Below are positions 48,920-58,878 of a stretch of 64,000 nt of DNA, piece by piece (the first letter of the stretch is position 1; each line of letters opens with the position of its first letter). Below the pieces are notes generated by a model. The model searched no databases, was not told the DNA's origin, and saw only the letters and a program-made list of their open reading frames with translations. A program made the position numbers and the translations under genes. The stretch spans positions 1-64,000 of IMG/VR virus record IMGVR_UViG_2548876794_000003. The stretch is one strand, 5' to 3'. The DNA is from a virus (Duplodnaviria; Caudoviricetes).

Positions 48920-50175
48920 TACACATATGCAAATAACATTGTATGCAAGCATACATTGAACACTGTAGCATTGCATACCATTCTATGTGTATACCCATAT
49001 GTCTGCATACTTTGTTGCATGTAGAACAGCATACGGATAAAACAGAATACTCGCATACGAATAACGTAGCATACTATTCTATGTGTATGTACACATGCAA
49101 GCATACAATTCTACTTATATGACGATATACGAGCATACAAGCATACTTTTCTATTTGTATATTTGCATACGAATAATATCGCATACTTATATACCATGTC
49201 GAGCGCATACGAAATTAAATGTATACCTTGTTATTAGCATGCACGTATACTCGCAGACAAGTAACAACGCAACATCGCATAGGAACATACAAATAACATA
49301 TAGACATTGCAACATGGCATGCCTGTATAAGAATAACAATGCAACATCATATGCAGATATACGAATCAAAAGATAACATGGTATATCTGCATACAAGCAT
49401 ACATATATACTTTAGACATCGCATGCACATATATGAATAACATCGTGACATTGTAACATAGCATGTGGATATACGAATATATTCATGACATCGCACACTA
49501 ATATGCTTACATACAAATAACAATGCGACATCGTATATCAACATACATTTTCGGCCGCATATTATGTTATTTGAATACAGATATACTTGCATACTCATAA
49601 AACGGTATACCAATAACATAGCAACAAAGCATACACATATACTCGTATGCAGATAACATTGTATATGAGCGTCATCACATACAAGTAACACAACATACTT
49701 TTAACATGGTATGCGAACAAACATCACATGCATATATACTATGTCACTCACATACCTACATGCAGATATACAAATTACATCGCATATTATGTTGCTGTGT
49801 CTCATTGTTACTTGTTACATCATATACGAATATACTTGCATGCTATGTTACTTGCATATCAGCATACATATATATAGATAACATCATATACTTGTGACGC
49901 AACATACTGATAACATGCCATACTTATGACATTGTATATTTGTGACGTAGCAACATCGCATTCGAATATACCCACATACATATAACAACATGACATCGCA
50001 CACAAACATACAAATATGCCCGCATATAAATATATTCCTAACATCGTATGCTTATATACAAACCAATAGAGTAGGGGAGTCGCATACAAGTAACATTACA
50101 TACACATAACATGGCATACATGACCGTTATATAAGTGAGCGTCTCCAACTTGCATACAAATAACATCGCATACAA
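48920..50175. repeat. About 1.25-kb degenerate 8-bp-periodic array (GCATACAA/GTAACATC/GCAACATC-type units), putative partition centromere
   Basis: Runs such as gcagacaa gtaacaac gcaacatc gcatagga acatacaa ataacata and gcatacaa ataacatc gcatacaa; no SD-supported ORFs. Confidence 0.8.
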
Positions 50176-50226
50176 AAGTGAACATATAAAAAGCGTACCC
50201 GGTAAAAGGTACGCCTGTTGATTAGT

Positions 50227-50472
50227 TTAGAGTACGTTGATTACGCCAAACTCTACACATCCATCTGCTAGAGATTTCTTGTACTGTTTAATCTCGATCA
50301 CTGGAATATCAATATCGCCAGTGTGAATCTCTTCGAAGTCTTTCTCGAATCCATCGGCAATCAGTTTGCTCTCCGCTTCTTCATACGTGTCATAGCTTGT
50401 ATGAGCGACTTGTTTAACCTCTGTACCGTCTTTACTGAATCGAGTAATTGTTACATGCACATTCTTGTCCAT
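50227..50472 (-). CDS. Hypothetical protein
   Basis: SD GGAAGG; YDTYEEAE..L...GF module. Confidence 0.7.
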   Translation of the reverse strand: MDKNVHVTITRFSKDGTEVKQVAHTSYDTYEEAESKLIADGFEKDFEEIHTGDIDIPVIEIKQYKKSLADGCVEFGVINVL

Positions 50473-50484
50473 GTTACCTTCCTC

Positions 50485-50736
50485 CTAGTTCTCCTTTAAA
50501 TCGTCGATTTTGTGCAGCGTGTAGAGAGAGAAGCTGCCATCTTCATTCGTGGAACGAAGCGTGATAATAGCATCTGGTGGTGTGGCTGCTTTATCTTCTT
50601 CGTAACCCATCTCATGGAGTCGAGTCATTTCTAACCCGTACTCATTGACTGAAAAAGGTGAATCCTCGCCTTTTAAAAGATTGCCACCTTTGTCGTAGTT
50701 TGTTTTTGCTGTTAATACTTTTGTTGCTTTGTCCAT
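50485..50736 (-). CDS. Hypothetical protein
   Basis: SD AAGGGG. Confidence 0.7.
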   Translation of the reverse strand: MDKATKVLTAKTNYDKGGNLLKGEDSPFSVNEYGLEMTRLHEMGYEEDKAATPPDAIITLRSTNEDGSFSLYTLHKIDDLKEN

Positions 50737-50787
50737 ATCATCTTCCCCTTTGCTCGTTTGATAGTTTAATTATAAAGCAAGGGACAA

Positions 50788-50997
50788 CTAAACACCCGTA
50801 GAAAAAGGCCTCACTTCTGCAAGTAGTAATTCTTTAGTGTGCATCTTTATGTATTGATGCCCTCCAGATGAAGCGTAGCCGTTCTCTAAGAGCCAGTTGG
50901 TAGCTTCCGAGTAGGTAGAGTGGTTTGATACTTCTAAACGCTCACCACGTTCATTGAGAGCATTCCACGCTACTACGGTAAATCGTGTGTCGTTCAT
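50788..50997 (-). CDS. Hypothetical protein
   Basis: SD AGGAGG; HSTYSEA..WL..NGY module. Confidence 0.7.
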   Translation of the reverse strand: MNDTRFTVVAWNALNERGERLEVSNHSTYSEATNWLLENGYASSGGHQYIKMHTKELLLAEVRPFSTGV

Positions 50998-51187
50998 ACG
51001 CTATCCCTCCTACATAGATTATAACCTGCAATCGCGGCCGCAAAACGGATTGATTTTAAATAAACAAACCTACGCATGCTTGCATACAAGTAACATTGCA
51101 TACATATAAAAGAAGAAGGCATACACATATATCTCAGACGAGATAACGCATAGCCTTCTTTACTGTTAAAACATTATGTACGCAATG

Positions 51188-51880
51188 CTAATTTACACTT
51201 GCTGTATGTACTAATTGCTCGTCATTGATTGCATCCGACTCCAAGGGGAAACCGTAGATCTCTACAACGAGCTGGTCCTTACGCCATTCTGTAAAACCAC
51301 ATTCCTCCGCCGTCTTGATAAAGCCCAGTCCAACTAAGCGTTCTTCCGCAGCTTTTAGATTCGTATAGCATCCAATAGGTGAGCCCCACGTATTCACACC
51401 ATTTACTTCTTTGTGCATGACTGGCACATATATTTCCGCAGAAGGAGTAGCAAGACCTTCCGCTTCCCATTCATAAATAACCTGGCAGAATTCGGCGTCA
51501 GAAATATTGTATTTGTTTCTGTATTCCTCTAATTCATTCTCTATCATTTGGTCAGAGATAATCCCAATAGATAGTAACTCACCTTTGTCATTCATTCTAA
51601 TCTCCTCAGCACCATCTTCATGTACATAGCCTAAGCGATTAGCATGCGCTACTGCATCTTCCAACATACTGAACGTTCCAGAGTAGTAGGGTACATGAGC
51701 GTCTACACTTCTATCGGCAAAGAAGTATAGCATATAACGTTGGCTACCTCTGAATAATCCGTATAGTCTTTTGAGCTCCTCATGCGTAGGAGTTCCTATT
51801 TCCTCCATCGTGAAACATCTCATACTAGCTTCTTCTACAATCTTATCTCGTCGTTCATCCATTTCGTTCATGTTTAACAT
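51188..51880 (-). CDS. Hypothetical protein with two copies of the same small module
   Basis: SD AAGGAG. Confidence 0.7.
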   Translation of the reverse strand: MLNMNEMDERRDKIVEEASMRCFTMEEIGTPTHEELKRLYGLFRGSQRYMLYFFADRSVDAHVPYYSGTFSMLEDAVAHANRLGYVHEDGAEEIRMNDKGELLSIGIISDQMIENELEEYRNKYNISDAEFCQVIYEWEAEGLATPSAEIYVPVMHKEVNGVNTWGSPIGCYTNLKAAEERLVGLGFIKTAEECGFTEWRKDQLVVEIYGFPLESDAINDEQLVHTASVN

Positions 51881-52217
51881 CTCCTTCGTTGGCTGACATT
51901 TTACATGAAACGCTGTGAATTACAACCTTTCTTCTACAACTTGTACAGTACATTGTTGCACAAAATAATCTACAGAATGTGTATAAGATGTAAAATCATA
52001 GGTAACTATAGTTGTCCAACTGTCATGTAAGCCCGAAGCGGCACTCAAAGCCAGTAGATACCCAATACGATGTAAAGAACGCAGAGGGGACAAGGGTTTT
52101 CAAAGGTTAATAGGGGAGAGCAGAACGCTAAAAAGCAGAGAGAACAGGGCAGAAAGTGGCTGTAACATCTCAATATGCGAAAACGACTAGGTAGCCTCGT
52201 AGAAAATGATTGCTTTT

Positions 52218-52643
52218 CTAACGATTGGTGAAGACGTCATAGGGGTTAATACCAGCATGAATCAATTCCATCGCTTCCACGTACATGCTATCTATTGAAT
52301 GGAAGTCGCTTCGTTGCCCACGAACGTTAGATGAACTAAGAGAGCTCGCTGTTTGTTTGTGGATTACTTTGTTGTATAGCGTATCTAAATGCGATGTCAG
52401 TTCATCCAGTGAGCTCCCAGCGTATAAGAAGGACTGTTCTTTGTTAGCGGATAGTAATTGCTCCGCTTCAACCATAGCTGCAAGCGTATCGGATGGATAA
52501 TAAAAAGTCATCCAGTCATACTTGTTTTTGTCTATCTTTAATTGTATGCTCGCATACTTGCATACACGCATACATAGTGGCGTAATGTACCTAGACCGCG
52601 CCGTTGCGCGATTCTTGATGTCTAACTGTTCGAGTAGATTCAT
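52218..52643 (-). CDS. Hypothetical protein
   Basis: Coupled ORF, contains an internal GCATAC cluster. Confidence 0.65.
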   Translation of the reverse strand: MNLLEQLDIKNRATARSRYITPLCMRVCKYASIQLKIDKNKYDWMTFYYPSDTLAAMVEAEQLLSANKEQSFLYAGSSLDELTSHLDTLYNKVIHKQTASSLSSSNVRGQRSDFHSIDSMYVEAMELIHAGINPYDVFTNR

Positions 52644-53161
52644 TTTGATCGCTCCGATACTTCGTATTTGTCGAATAGGTCGTGCATGAAATCTCGAAGC
52701 GGTGAGTTCTCTATTGTCTCATAATGACTTGAGTACTCGTACGTGAAGTAAGGTTCGTAGTAACAATGATTCCTGAACAGTTTTTGTACGCGACGTTCCA
52801 TAAATGGCCCGCGTACTACACCACGTTTTACTAATTCTTTTGTGGCATATCTTTCTATATCTAAATCATCAGAGAAAACAGCCACTCGCTTTTTTGTGTA
52901 ATGATAGAGCAAGGTATCATGTAGTTTTATCTCACCCTCGGACAAAATATTCGTCCAAGTAGGGGAGGGGAGGAACATACGCATGTAGTCTAGTTTGTGA
53001 TGATTGCTCATGTGAGCGAACAAATCACAGCATGCTTGTACAATTTCTTCGTTCTTTCTGGTGCGTGTAATGTAGTAAAAGGCAGCGTAATATTGCTCTG
53101 ATACAACGTACCCTCTGTCGCGAAAGACTTGTATTTCTTCTAAGCGGTCTAGCAAATTCAT
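52640..53161 (-). CDS. Hypothetical protein
   Basis: SD AAGGAG. Confidence 0.7.
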   Translation of the reverse strand: MNLLDRLEEIQVFRDRGYVVSEQYYAAFYYITRTRKNEEIVQACCDLFAHMSNHHKLDYMRMFLPSPTWTNILSEGEIKLHDTLLYHYTKKRVAVFSDDLDIERYATKELVKRGVVRGPFMERRVQKLFRNHCYYEPYFTYEYSSHYETIENSPLRDFMHDLFDKYEVSERSK

Positions 53162-53186
53162 TTAGTCGGACTCCTTTTTGCATTGC

Positions 53187-53606
53187 TTAGGCAGCAAACA
53201 TATCATCGTCGTCGTCCTTATTTTCTTCCTCTGCTTCTTCGGTTTGGTCCTCTTGGCAGAGAGGTTCTTCCTCTGTTGCGCTCGCTTCGCTCGCGCCGTC
53301 GTCGTCGAATAAGTCATCATTGTCGGTGCTATCTGTAGTTGATTCATTAATAGATTCTTCAAATAAGTCATCGTCATCAGACGGATTTAATGTTGCTTTA
53401 AGCTCTACACGCTTCTCATTGATGTTCTTCATGTAGGCTTTTCGTTCTGCTAGTGGGGTACTTACAAGACCTTCGATGATATGCTTTTGCACTGCCATAC
53501 CTTTATCATAGCTCACTTGTAATGCTAATTCATCATTAGATACGCCATTTTGTAGATGTTTTACTACGTCCGTATGCTCACGTTCCTTACGTTGTTTACG
53601 AATCAT
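53187..53606 (-). CDS. Hypothetical protein with acidic tail
   Basis: DDDDLF, DNDDLF, DDDDMF motifs. Confidence 0.7.
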   Translation of the reverse strand: MIRKQRKEREHTDVVKHLQNGVSNDELALQVSYDKGMAVQKHIIEGLVSTPLAERKAYMKNINEKRVELKATLNPSDDDDLFEESINESTTDSTDNDDLFDDDGASEASATEEEPLCQEDQTEEAEEENKDDDDDMFAA

Positions 53607-53615
53607 TTGTGCTGT

Positions 53616-53897
53616 TTACATCGGGTTAAGTAAGCTGTCGATGTCGAGGTTTCCTACTTTCGCAAGGAAAGTACACTCCTCTTCGTTGAACTTATCAGCG
53701 AATGCGAGTAGGGCGCCTTCACCTAATTCGGCAATCTTCTCTAAGCTTTGCAGTACAGTTGTCTCTGAAAACTTAGCTACGCTTGGTAGCTGGATTGTCT
53801 TATTCGCTAGTGCGAATAGGTGAGGACGGACACGTTCCGCCTCTTTGTTGATTAACGCTGTCGCTTGTTTTTGGTCCATTGTGTTGAGTAGATTCAT
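53616..53897 (-). CDS. Hypothetical protein
   Basis: SD AAGGAG. Confidence 0.7.
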   Translation of the reverse strand: MNLLNTMDQKQATALINKEAERVRPHLFALANKTIQLPSVAKFSETTVLQSLEKIAELGEGALLAFADKFNEEECTFLAKVGNLDIDSLLNPM

Positions 53898-54324
53898 TTC
53901 ATTCGTCTCCTTTTGTATGTTGTCATGGTGTTACTCGCTCGCTGGCGCTCGCTCGTATTTGTTGTATAGAGTGCGCTCGCAAGGGGGCGCGTACCACATA
54001 GTCCCTCGATAGCATACAGAAAAGGTATACCGTCCCATTAAAAAACACTCTGTTAATCAAAACATGGAGCATCTAATAAATAGGGGAGACTACATAGGTA
54101 AAGCGTAAATATCCCTGTGCGAATGGCACCTCCTCGTTAGCGTATCGAGGCGAAAGGCGTGTTGCCCTCCCTTTGGGATAAGGTTAATGCAGATGCTACA
54201 GCCAGTTCTTAGGCTACGTTGCATCGGATAAAAAAGAAAAAGCTTCTTTTATCTATTCGGTAGACGAAGAAATCATCTACTCAATACATAAAAAAAGAGA
54301 GCCGCCGAAGCGACTCATAGGATG

Positions 54325-54459
54325 TTACAGTAAATCTAATTTCAAAATGACAAATAAAATAATGAAGGGTAACGCAAAGATACCCCATGCAACCGCTTCG
54401 TAAAGTCGGCTAATAAAGAATGCTTTCCATGTTTTTGGCTCTGCAAAGAATTGTTTCAT
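54325..54459 (-). CDS. 44-aa membrane peptide
   Basis: MKQFFAEPKTWKAFFISRLYEAVAWGIFALPFIILFVILKLDLL; SD GGAGGG; followed by a UUCG terminator; below ORF-track cutoff. Confidence 0.65.
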   Translation of the reverse strand: MKQFFAEPKTWKAFFISRLYEAVAWGIFALPFIILFVILKLDLL

Positions 54460-54486
54460 TGTCGTACCCTCCATTTATATAATCAA

Positions 54487-55143
54487 TTAAGCGAACATTG
54501 TATCGTCGTTTGCTTCTTGTTCTTCTTTAGAGAATTCATCTTTAGGAATCGCATCCCACAGTAACTTCATACCGCGGTGTAGGTACTGAGATTCTTTCGA
54601 TGTACCTGCGTGGAACTTGCCATTCTTGTCTGTGTGTAGGCTAAGGCTTCTCACGCTACGTACATTTAATACATCAAAGAATGTAAGGAACAGTTTAGTG
54701 AAGCGGTCCCATAGAAGCAATTCATCTGTTTCAACTTCCTTGCCTTCTAACGTTTTACCTGTTTGAATCCAGTATTTGAATGCCCCGCCATTGAAGTTCT
54801 GCTCTAAAGGGGTAGTGGTAAAGAAATTTGTGATGGCATACTTCGTATCAGCATCTCGTGAATAAACACCTGCTTCTTCATCGTACGTTGTGTTGAAGTG
54901 CTTCTCTAATGCCCAGATTGATGCTTTCAGAATGCTAATGCGTCCAAACTGTTGCGGCTTAGTTTCAACTTCTTTGATGTCTGTACCATCAAATGATAGG
55001 TACGGTAATAATGTTGGGCGGTCTACGAATTTACAACGTTCGCGATCAAAGATCATGATGCCAGTGTTACGGCCGCGTGATGCTACTACGATTTTCACTT
55101 CTAGTTCTGTTTTTGTGTTAGTTAATAAGTTTTTGTTTGTCAT
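54487..55143 (-). CDS. Hypothetical protein (possible remote RNase H fold)
   Basis: SD AAGGGAG; KYWIQTGKT..GKEV....LLW resembles the RNase HI basic protrusion. Confidence 0.7.
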   Translation of the reverse strand: MTNKNLLTNTKTELEVKIVVASRGRNTGIMIFDRERCKFVDRPTLLPYLSFDGTDIKEVETKPQQFGRISILKASIWALEKHFNTTYDEEAGVYSRDADTKYAITNFFTTTPLEQNFNGGAFKYWIQTGKTLEGKEVETDELLLWDRFTKLFLTFFDVLNVRSVRSLSLHTDKNGKFHAGTSKESQYLHRGMKLLWDAIPKDEFSKEEQEANDDTMFA

Positions 55144-55314
55144 GATAAGTTATCTCCCTTTACCTCGGCTACATTGCGACTTATGAGGATCTTATATATT
55201 TGTATTAGTGTGATGACGCCAGAAAGCAATGAACGTATGCCATTCACATACGAGATAGTTTAATGACATATCCAGGTCTATGTATGTGGGAGCCGAAGCC
55301 CCCGATATTACAGG

Positions 55315-56154
55315 TTAGAAGCGGAAGCCGTTACCAGCTTTTCCACTGTTGCCGCCAAAGAATCCCATGACTTTGTTTTTAGCATGTGTCATACGTTGTT
55401 TCGCAACTTGGATGTCACGATCTTCACGCACTTGTTTTGCTAAACGTTGTGCTTCCTCGGTAGTAGAGTTTACGACAGCCCCGCCTAAGTCGGACCCCGC
55501 TTTCGATACCGTAGCGGTAAGATTCGCAGTAATCCCTACAACGGACTTTGACACAGGTGTTACAATGCTATTTACTGCAAAGTTAACTGTGTTATTGATG
55601 CCATGTCCTGTAGCGGTAATACTATTTGCTGTGAAGCGACCAAAACCTTTTACGCGACGGTAGTTCTTCATCTTCGCAAATTCTCGCTCTGATACGTCAG
55701 CCATAACAACGATAGGGTGGCCTGTCTCGTTATCAAAACCAACGCTTGTCACAGTGACACGTAGTTTACGCTCAACAAATTCCTTAAATGAATCACGTTG
55801 TTTGATGTTAGCGAACTCTGCAGTCAGTTCTGGGTGCGTTAATTTACCGGCTTTACGTTGTTCAGCACCGTAATCTAAATAGTCTTCGTCTTGTTGAATC
55901 AATGACTCTACACGATGCTGTTCTTCGATACTTGCTTCTAGTCCGAGCATAGTACGTTCGAATTCATCTGTTTCATCAATAACCTCGATGATTTTCATTT
56001 CAAGCATTTTGTTCATCATTTCGTTTTGCTGTTGTTCAGTGGTATTACCACGTTTAGCTAGGAAGTCGCGTACGTCTTGTACGACGTGACGGTTCCCTCT
56101 GAAAAAGATTGGTTGTGAGTTTAAATAGTCGAATGTTGTGTTAATTAAGGCCAT
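55315..56154 (-). CDS. Hypothetical protein; candidate target of the 20-kb sRNA
   Basis: SD GAAGGAG, 279 aa. Confidence 0.75.
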   Translation of the reverse strand: MALINTTFDYLNSQPIFFRGNRHVVQDVRDFLAKRGNTTEQQQNEMMNKMLEMKIIEVIDETDEFERTMLGLEASIEEQHRVESLIQQDEDYLDYGAEQRKAGKLTHPELTAEFANIKQRDSFKEFVERKLRVTVTSVGFDNETGHPIVVMADVSEREFAKMKNYRRVKGFGRFTANSITATGHGINNTVNFAVNSIVTPVSKSVVGITANLTATVSKAGSDLGGAVVNSTTEEAQRLAKQVREDRDIQVAKQRMTHAKNKVMGFFGGNSGKAGNGFRF

Positions 56155-56215
56155 GATAATTGGCTCCTTCCAAAATGTGTTTTACTATACCGAGTTAGTT
56201 GAGTTGTGTTCCGCG

Positions 56216-56629
56216 TTATCGTGCAATAAGTGAACGAGCTGCAATACGGCTCGCATGGTCTGCACCTTCATTGTTTTCGCGTGCAATGTACATGATGTCT
56301 TTTAGATTGCGTACGTTTAAGTCACGAATCTTACACCACAGGTCCTCGCAGAATGCGACACCTTTTATTCCTTTAAAAGTGTTAATCACCTCCTTACAGT
56401 CCGATTGAATTACTGCAGCGCAGCCTTCCTTCTTAATAAACTTGCATGCTTCATAGATGGCATATAGTTCGCAATGTCTTGAAGATACTGGGTTTTTCAC
56501 CTTACCTGTACGGCGAATGACTCCTTGCTCTGTATGGACTTCGATTGCCCATCCACCAGCCATCTCTCCTAAGTATTCTAAGTAGCTGCCGTCTGTTTTA
56601 ATGACGGTACGTTCTTTGGTGCTAGTCAT
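56216..56629 (-). CDS. Ribonuclease HI-like protein
   Basis: IKTDGS, GGWA, ELYAI.EA, IQSDC, RENNEGADHAS: all D-E-D-D catalytic residues present. Confidence 0.88.
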   Translation of the reverse strand: MTSTKERTVIKTDGSYLEYLGEMAGGWAIEVHTEQGVIRRTGKVKNPVSSRHCELYAIYEACKFIKKEGCAAVIQSDCKEVINTFKGIKGVAFCEDLWCKIRDLNVRNLKDIMYIARENNEGADHASRIAARSLIAR

Positions 56630-56868
56630 TATGCCTGAACCCCCAACTCTAAACCGTAACGTTCGTTGAAGTTAATAGCTTCTGCTACTGTTACGCCACC
56701 GTCAATTGATGCAACGATAGGGCGAAGACGAGTAGGGATACCGCCGTCACGAGTTAATGATGTAGCTGGAACAATTACGCGTACGTGTTGTTTTGCGATG
56801 ATAACTGGTGATACGCTCGCTGAACGATAGAATGCTTCTGTTTTAGGTGCTTTGTTTGAAAATTTCAT
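56629..56868 (-). CDS. Hypothetical protein
   Basis: SD GGAGGAG behind a conserved leader hairpin. Confidence 0.7.
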   Translation of the reverse strand: MKFSNKAPKTEAFYRSASVSPVIIAKQHVRVIVPATSLTRDGGIPTRLRPIVASIDGGVTVAEAINFNERYGLELGVQA

Positions 56869-56986
56869 AGTGGTAAATCTCCTCCGACTACTGGGCTCTC
56901 GTCCCTTAAAAGTCGTACAATGGTGAGCGCTTGGCTCATAATAAAAAAGCGCATACCGCCGTTAGGGGTACACGCTGTATAAATAA

Positions 56987-57607
56987 TTAAACTTTTCTTA
57001 AAGAATCAATAAGGTTTGTAATATCGTTAACTGTTAATGCCTTATCTCCTCCAACTACTTCGTTCATATAATTGAACGCACGATGCGTAACGAATGTTTT
57101 TGCTGCTCCATCCACTTCTACTGTTACAACACTGTTCAGATAGCTCATACGATCCATCTCACGAATAAGCGCGATTGCCACCGGTCTCACATCATCTTGA
57201 TTTGAACCAGCAGAGATTCTACATCTCCAGTTAAGTCCTTCTCTATGGAACGATGCTTTCGCTTCATAAGAAACGTCTGGTTCATGCGTAGCATACTTTT
57301 CTTCTAACACATTGAACTGCTCAACAAGTTGGCTGCCTAATGCGACAATTTGGTCGAATAGCTCTGGGATTTCACTAAGATCTAGTTCGACACCATACTC
57401 TGCGTGGTCCACTTGAATTTGACCTGCTTGGCCATCGTTATCGTCCATTGTGATTGTTGCTCCGTTTAGTTCTGTATTTACTTGTAGTGCTGTACCTTGT
57501 TTCTCAACGATCGTGCGAATGCTATTGATTGTGCCTACTGGTTGGAATACGTCGTTTGCTCCAGCGAATAATACTTTGATACCTGCGATTGATGTAGTTG
57601 TTTTCAT
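56987..57607 (-). CDS. Hypothetical protein
   Basis: Start reassigned to MKTTT after SD GGAGG. Confidence 0.7.
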   Translation of the reverse strand: MKTTTSIAGIKVLFAGANDVFQPVGTINSIRTIVEKQGTALQVNTELNGATITMDDNDGQAGQIQVDHAEYGVELDLSEIPELFDQIVALGSQLVEQFNVLEEKYATHEPDVSYEAKASFHREGLNWRCRISAGSNQDDVRPVAIALIREMDRMSYLNSVVTVEVDGAAKTFVTHRAFNYMNEVVGGDKALTVNDITNLIDSLRKV

Positions 57608-57737
57608 GTTAAAAGCCTCCAAAATAGTTTTATAGTTTTTTGTTTTAAAAGATAATGCAATAAAGAATTGTTCTGATAGGGTGAAGCCGACTAGCTTTAA
57701 TTGAAAGCTACTGATTTGAATATTACCGATTTGAACA

Positions 57738-58106
57738 TTATGCAAATTCATAGCGTTTCCCTTCCTCTGAGTTATTTATTCTTTCACGTACTGCAAGGTC
57801 ACGCGCATGGAAATCTTTAATGGCTAATGTAAGCATGTCGTCGAACGTGCATCCTAACATTCTACGAAGCATTACTAAATCTACGACAATCTCCTTATCC
57901 TCGCCTACTAACTGTAACGAACCATTTTGTAGTCCTGGCGTATTGATTGCTTTAATAACTTGTGCGCATGTAGCATCGACATCTGATTCGGTTACTGAAA
58001 GATTGAATTCGTTTTCTGGTTTGTTTTCGCAGTCAATTGTGAAGAAGTCATCTAGGAAACCGCCGTACGTTGTATCTGGGATTTGATGGTATGTTACTGT
58101 AATCAT
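57738..58106 (-). CDS. Hypothetical protein
   Basis: Start MITVT after SD GGAGG. Confidence 0.7.
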   Translation of the reverse strand: MITVTYHQIPDTTYGGFLDDFFTIDCENKPENEFNLSVTESDVDATCAQVIKAINTPGLQNGSLQLVGEDKEIVVDLVMLRRMLGCTFDDMLTLAIKDFHARDLAVRERINNSEEGKRYEFA

Positions 58107-58211
58107 TATTAATTCCTCCAAAGAATAAAGGACGCACACTGTACGCCCTCATAGTTTATTTATATTTAATAGGTAGAAACTTTGTTTTAGGGGGGTGGCC
58201 GTTTTCTCGAC

Positions 58212-58481
58212 CTACCCAAAGAAGGCTTGCATATCTTCAACTGCCTTCATTAACTTACGTGAAGATCGCGCGCGATTTATTACTTCAATACCTGTTGTTA
58301 AATCAATGAAGCGTACATCTTGTTTCGCAAACTTCATCACTTTCTTGATTAGGTCCTTTACTTCGTCTGCGCCTAAGCACACTTGCATTTCTGAATTTGG
58401 TACGCATACGTGATATACGTCTAGCTTTGTACCATGGTTTGAATAGGGGTTAGATGCTTTATAGCCTTTTACTGTAATCAT
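58212..58481 (-). CDS. Hypothetical protein; candidate target of the 20-kb sRNA
   Basis: SD AGGAGGT. Confidence 0.7.
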   Translation of the reverse strand: MITVKGYKASNPYSNHGTKLDVYHVCVPNSEMQVCLGADEVKDLIKKVMKFAKQDVRFIDLTTGIEVINRARSSRKLMKAVEDMQAFFG

Positions 58482-58734
58482 TTGATTACCTCCTGTGAGT
58501 TGTGTATTGGTTTGTTGTAGTCAGCAACATGGCCAGTCAGTCACGACCAGCCTAATTAACCGTCCGAAAACGTGTGAGTGCTCCTACCCGCGAAGCGGAG
58601 ATTGTTCCGCAAGCAAAGCACTCGGCAATGTTAGTTCATATAGTGGACTAAGCTATATGCTGTTGATTTGGTTTGTCATCATCAGATGCAGGGGAACCAC
58701 CTACTGCATGACTGAGTTGCCCCAGTTTCGACCA

Positions 58735-58878
58735 TTATTTAAATAGCCCGATGATACGGCGGATTGCACGTTTGGCCATCTTGAAGCGGAACACGTTCCA
58801 CATGATGACGAATGGCATTGCCACAACTCCTAGCATGATTAATTGTTTTTCTTCGCTGTTCATTGGTTGGTTGTTCAT
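58735..58878 (-). CDS. 47-aa membrane peptide
   Basis: MNNQPMNSEEKQLIMLGVVAMPFVIMWNVFRFKMAKRAIRRIIGLFK; SD GGAGGT; below ORF-track cutoff. Confidence 0.65.
   Translation of the reverse strand: MNNQPMNSEEKQLIMLGVVAMPFVIMWNVFRFKMAKRAIRRIIGLFK

Noticed and set aside
48883-50089. Several C/M/Y/H-rich ORFs on both strands (also 77-370 and 38427-38618)
   Set aside because: Translations of the GCATAC/AACAT repeats; no SD; low-complexity composition.
48920-50175. CRISPR array
   Set aside because: No identical 25-40-bp repeats separated by unique spacers and no cas genes; the periodicity is about 8 bp.
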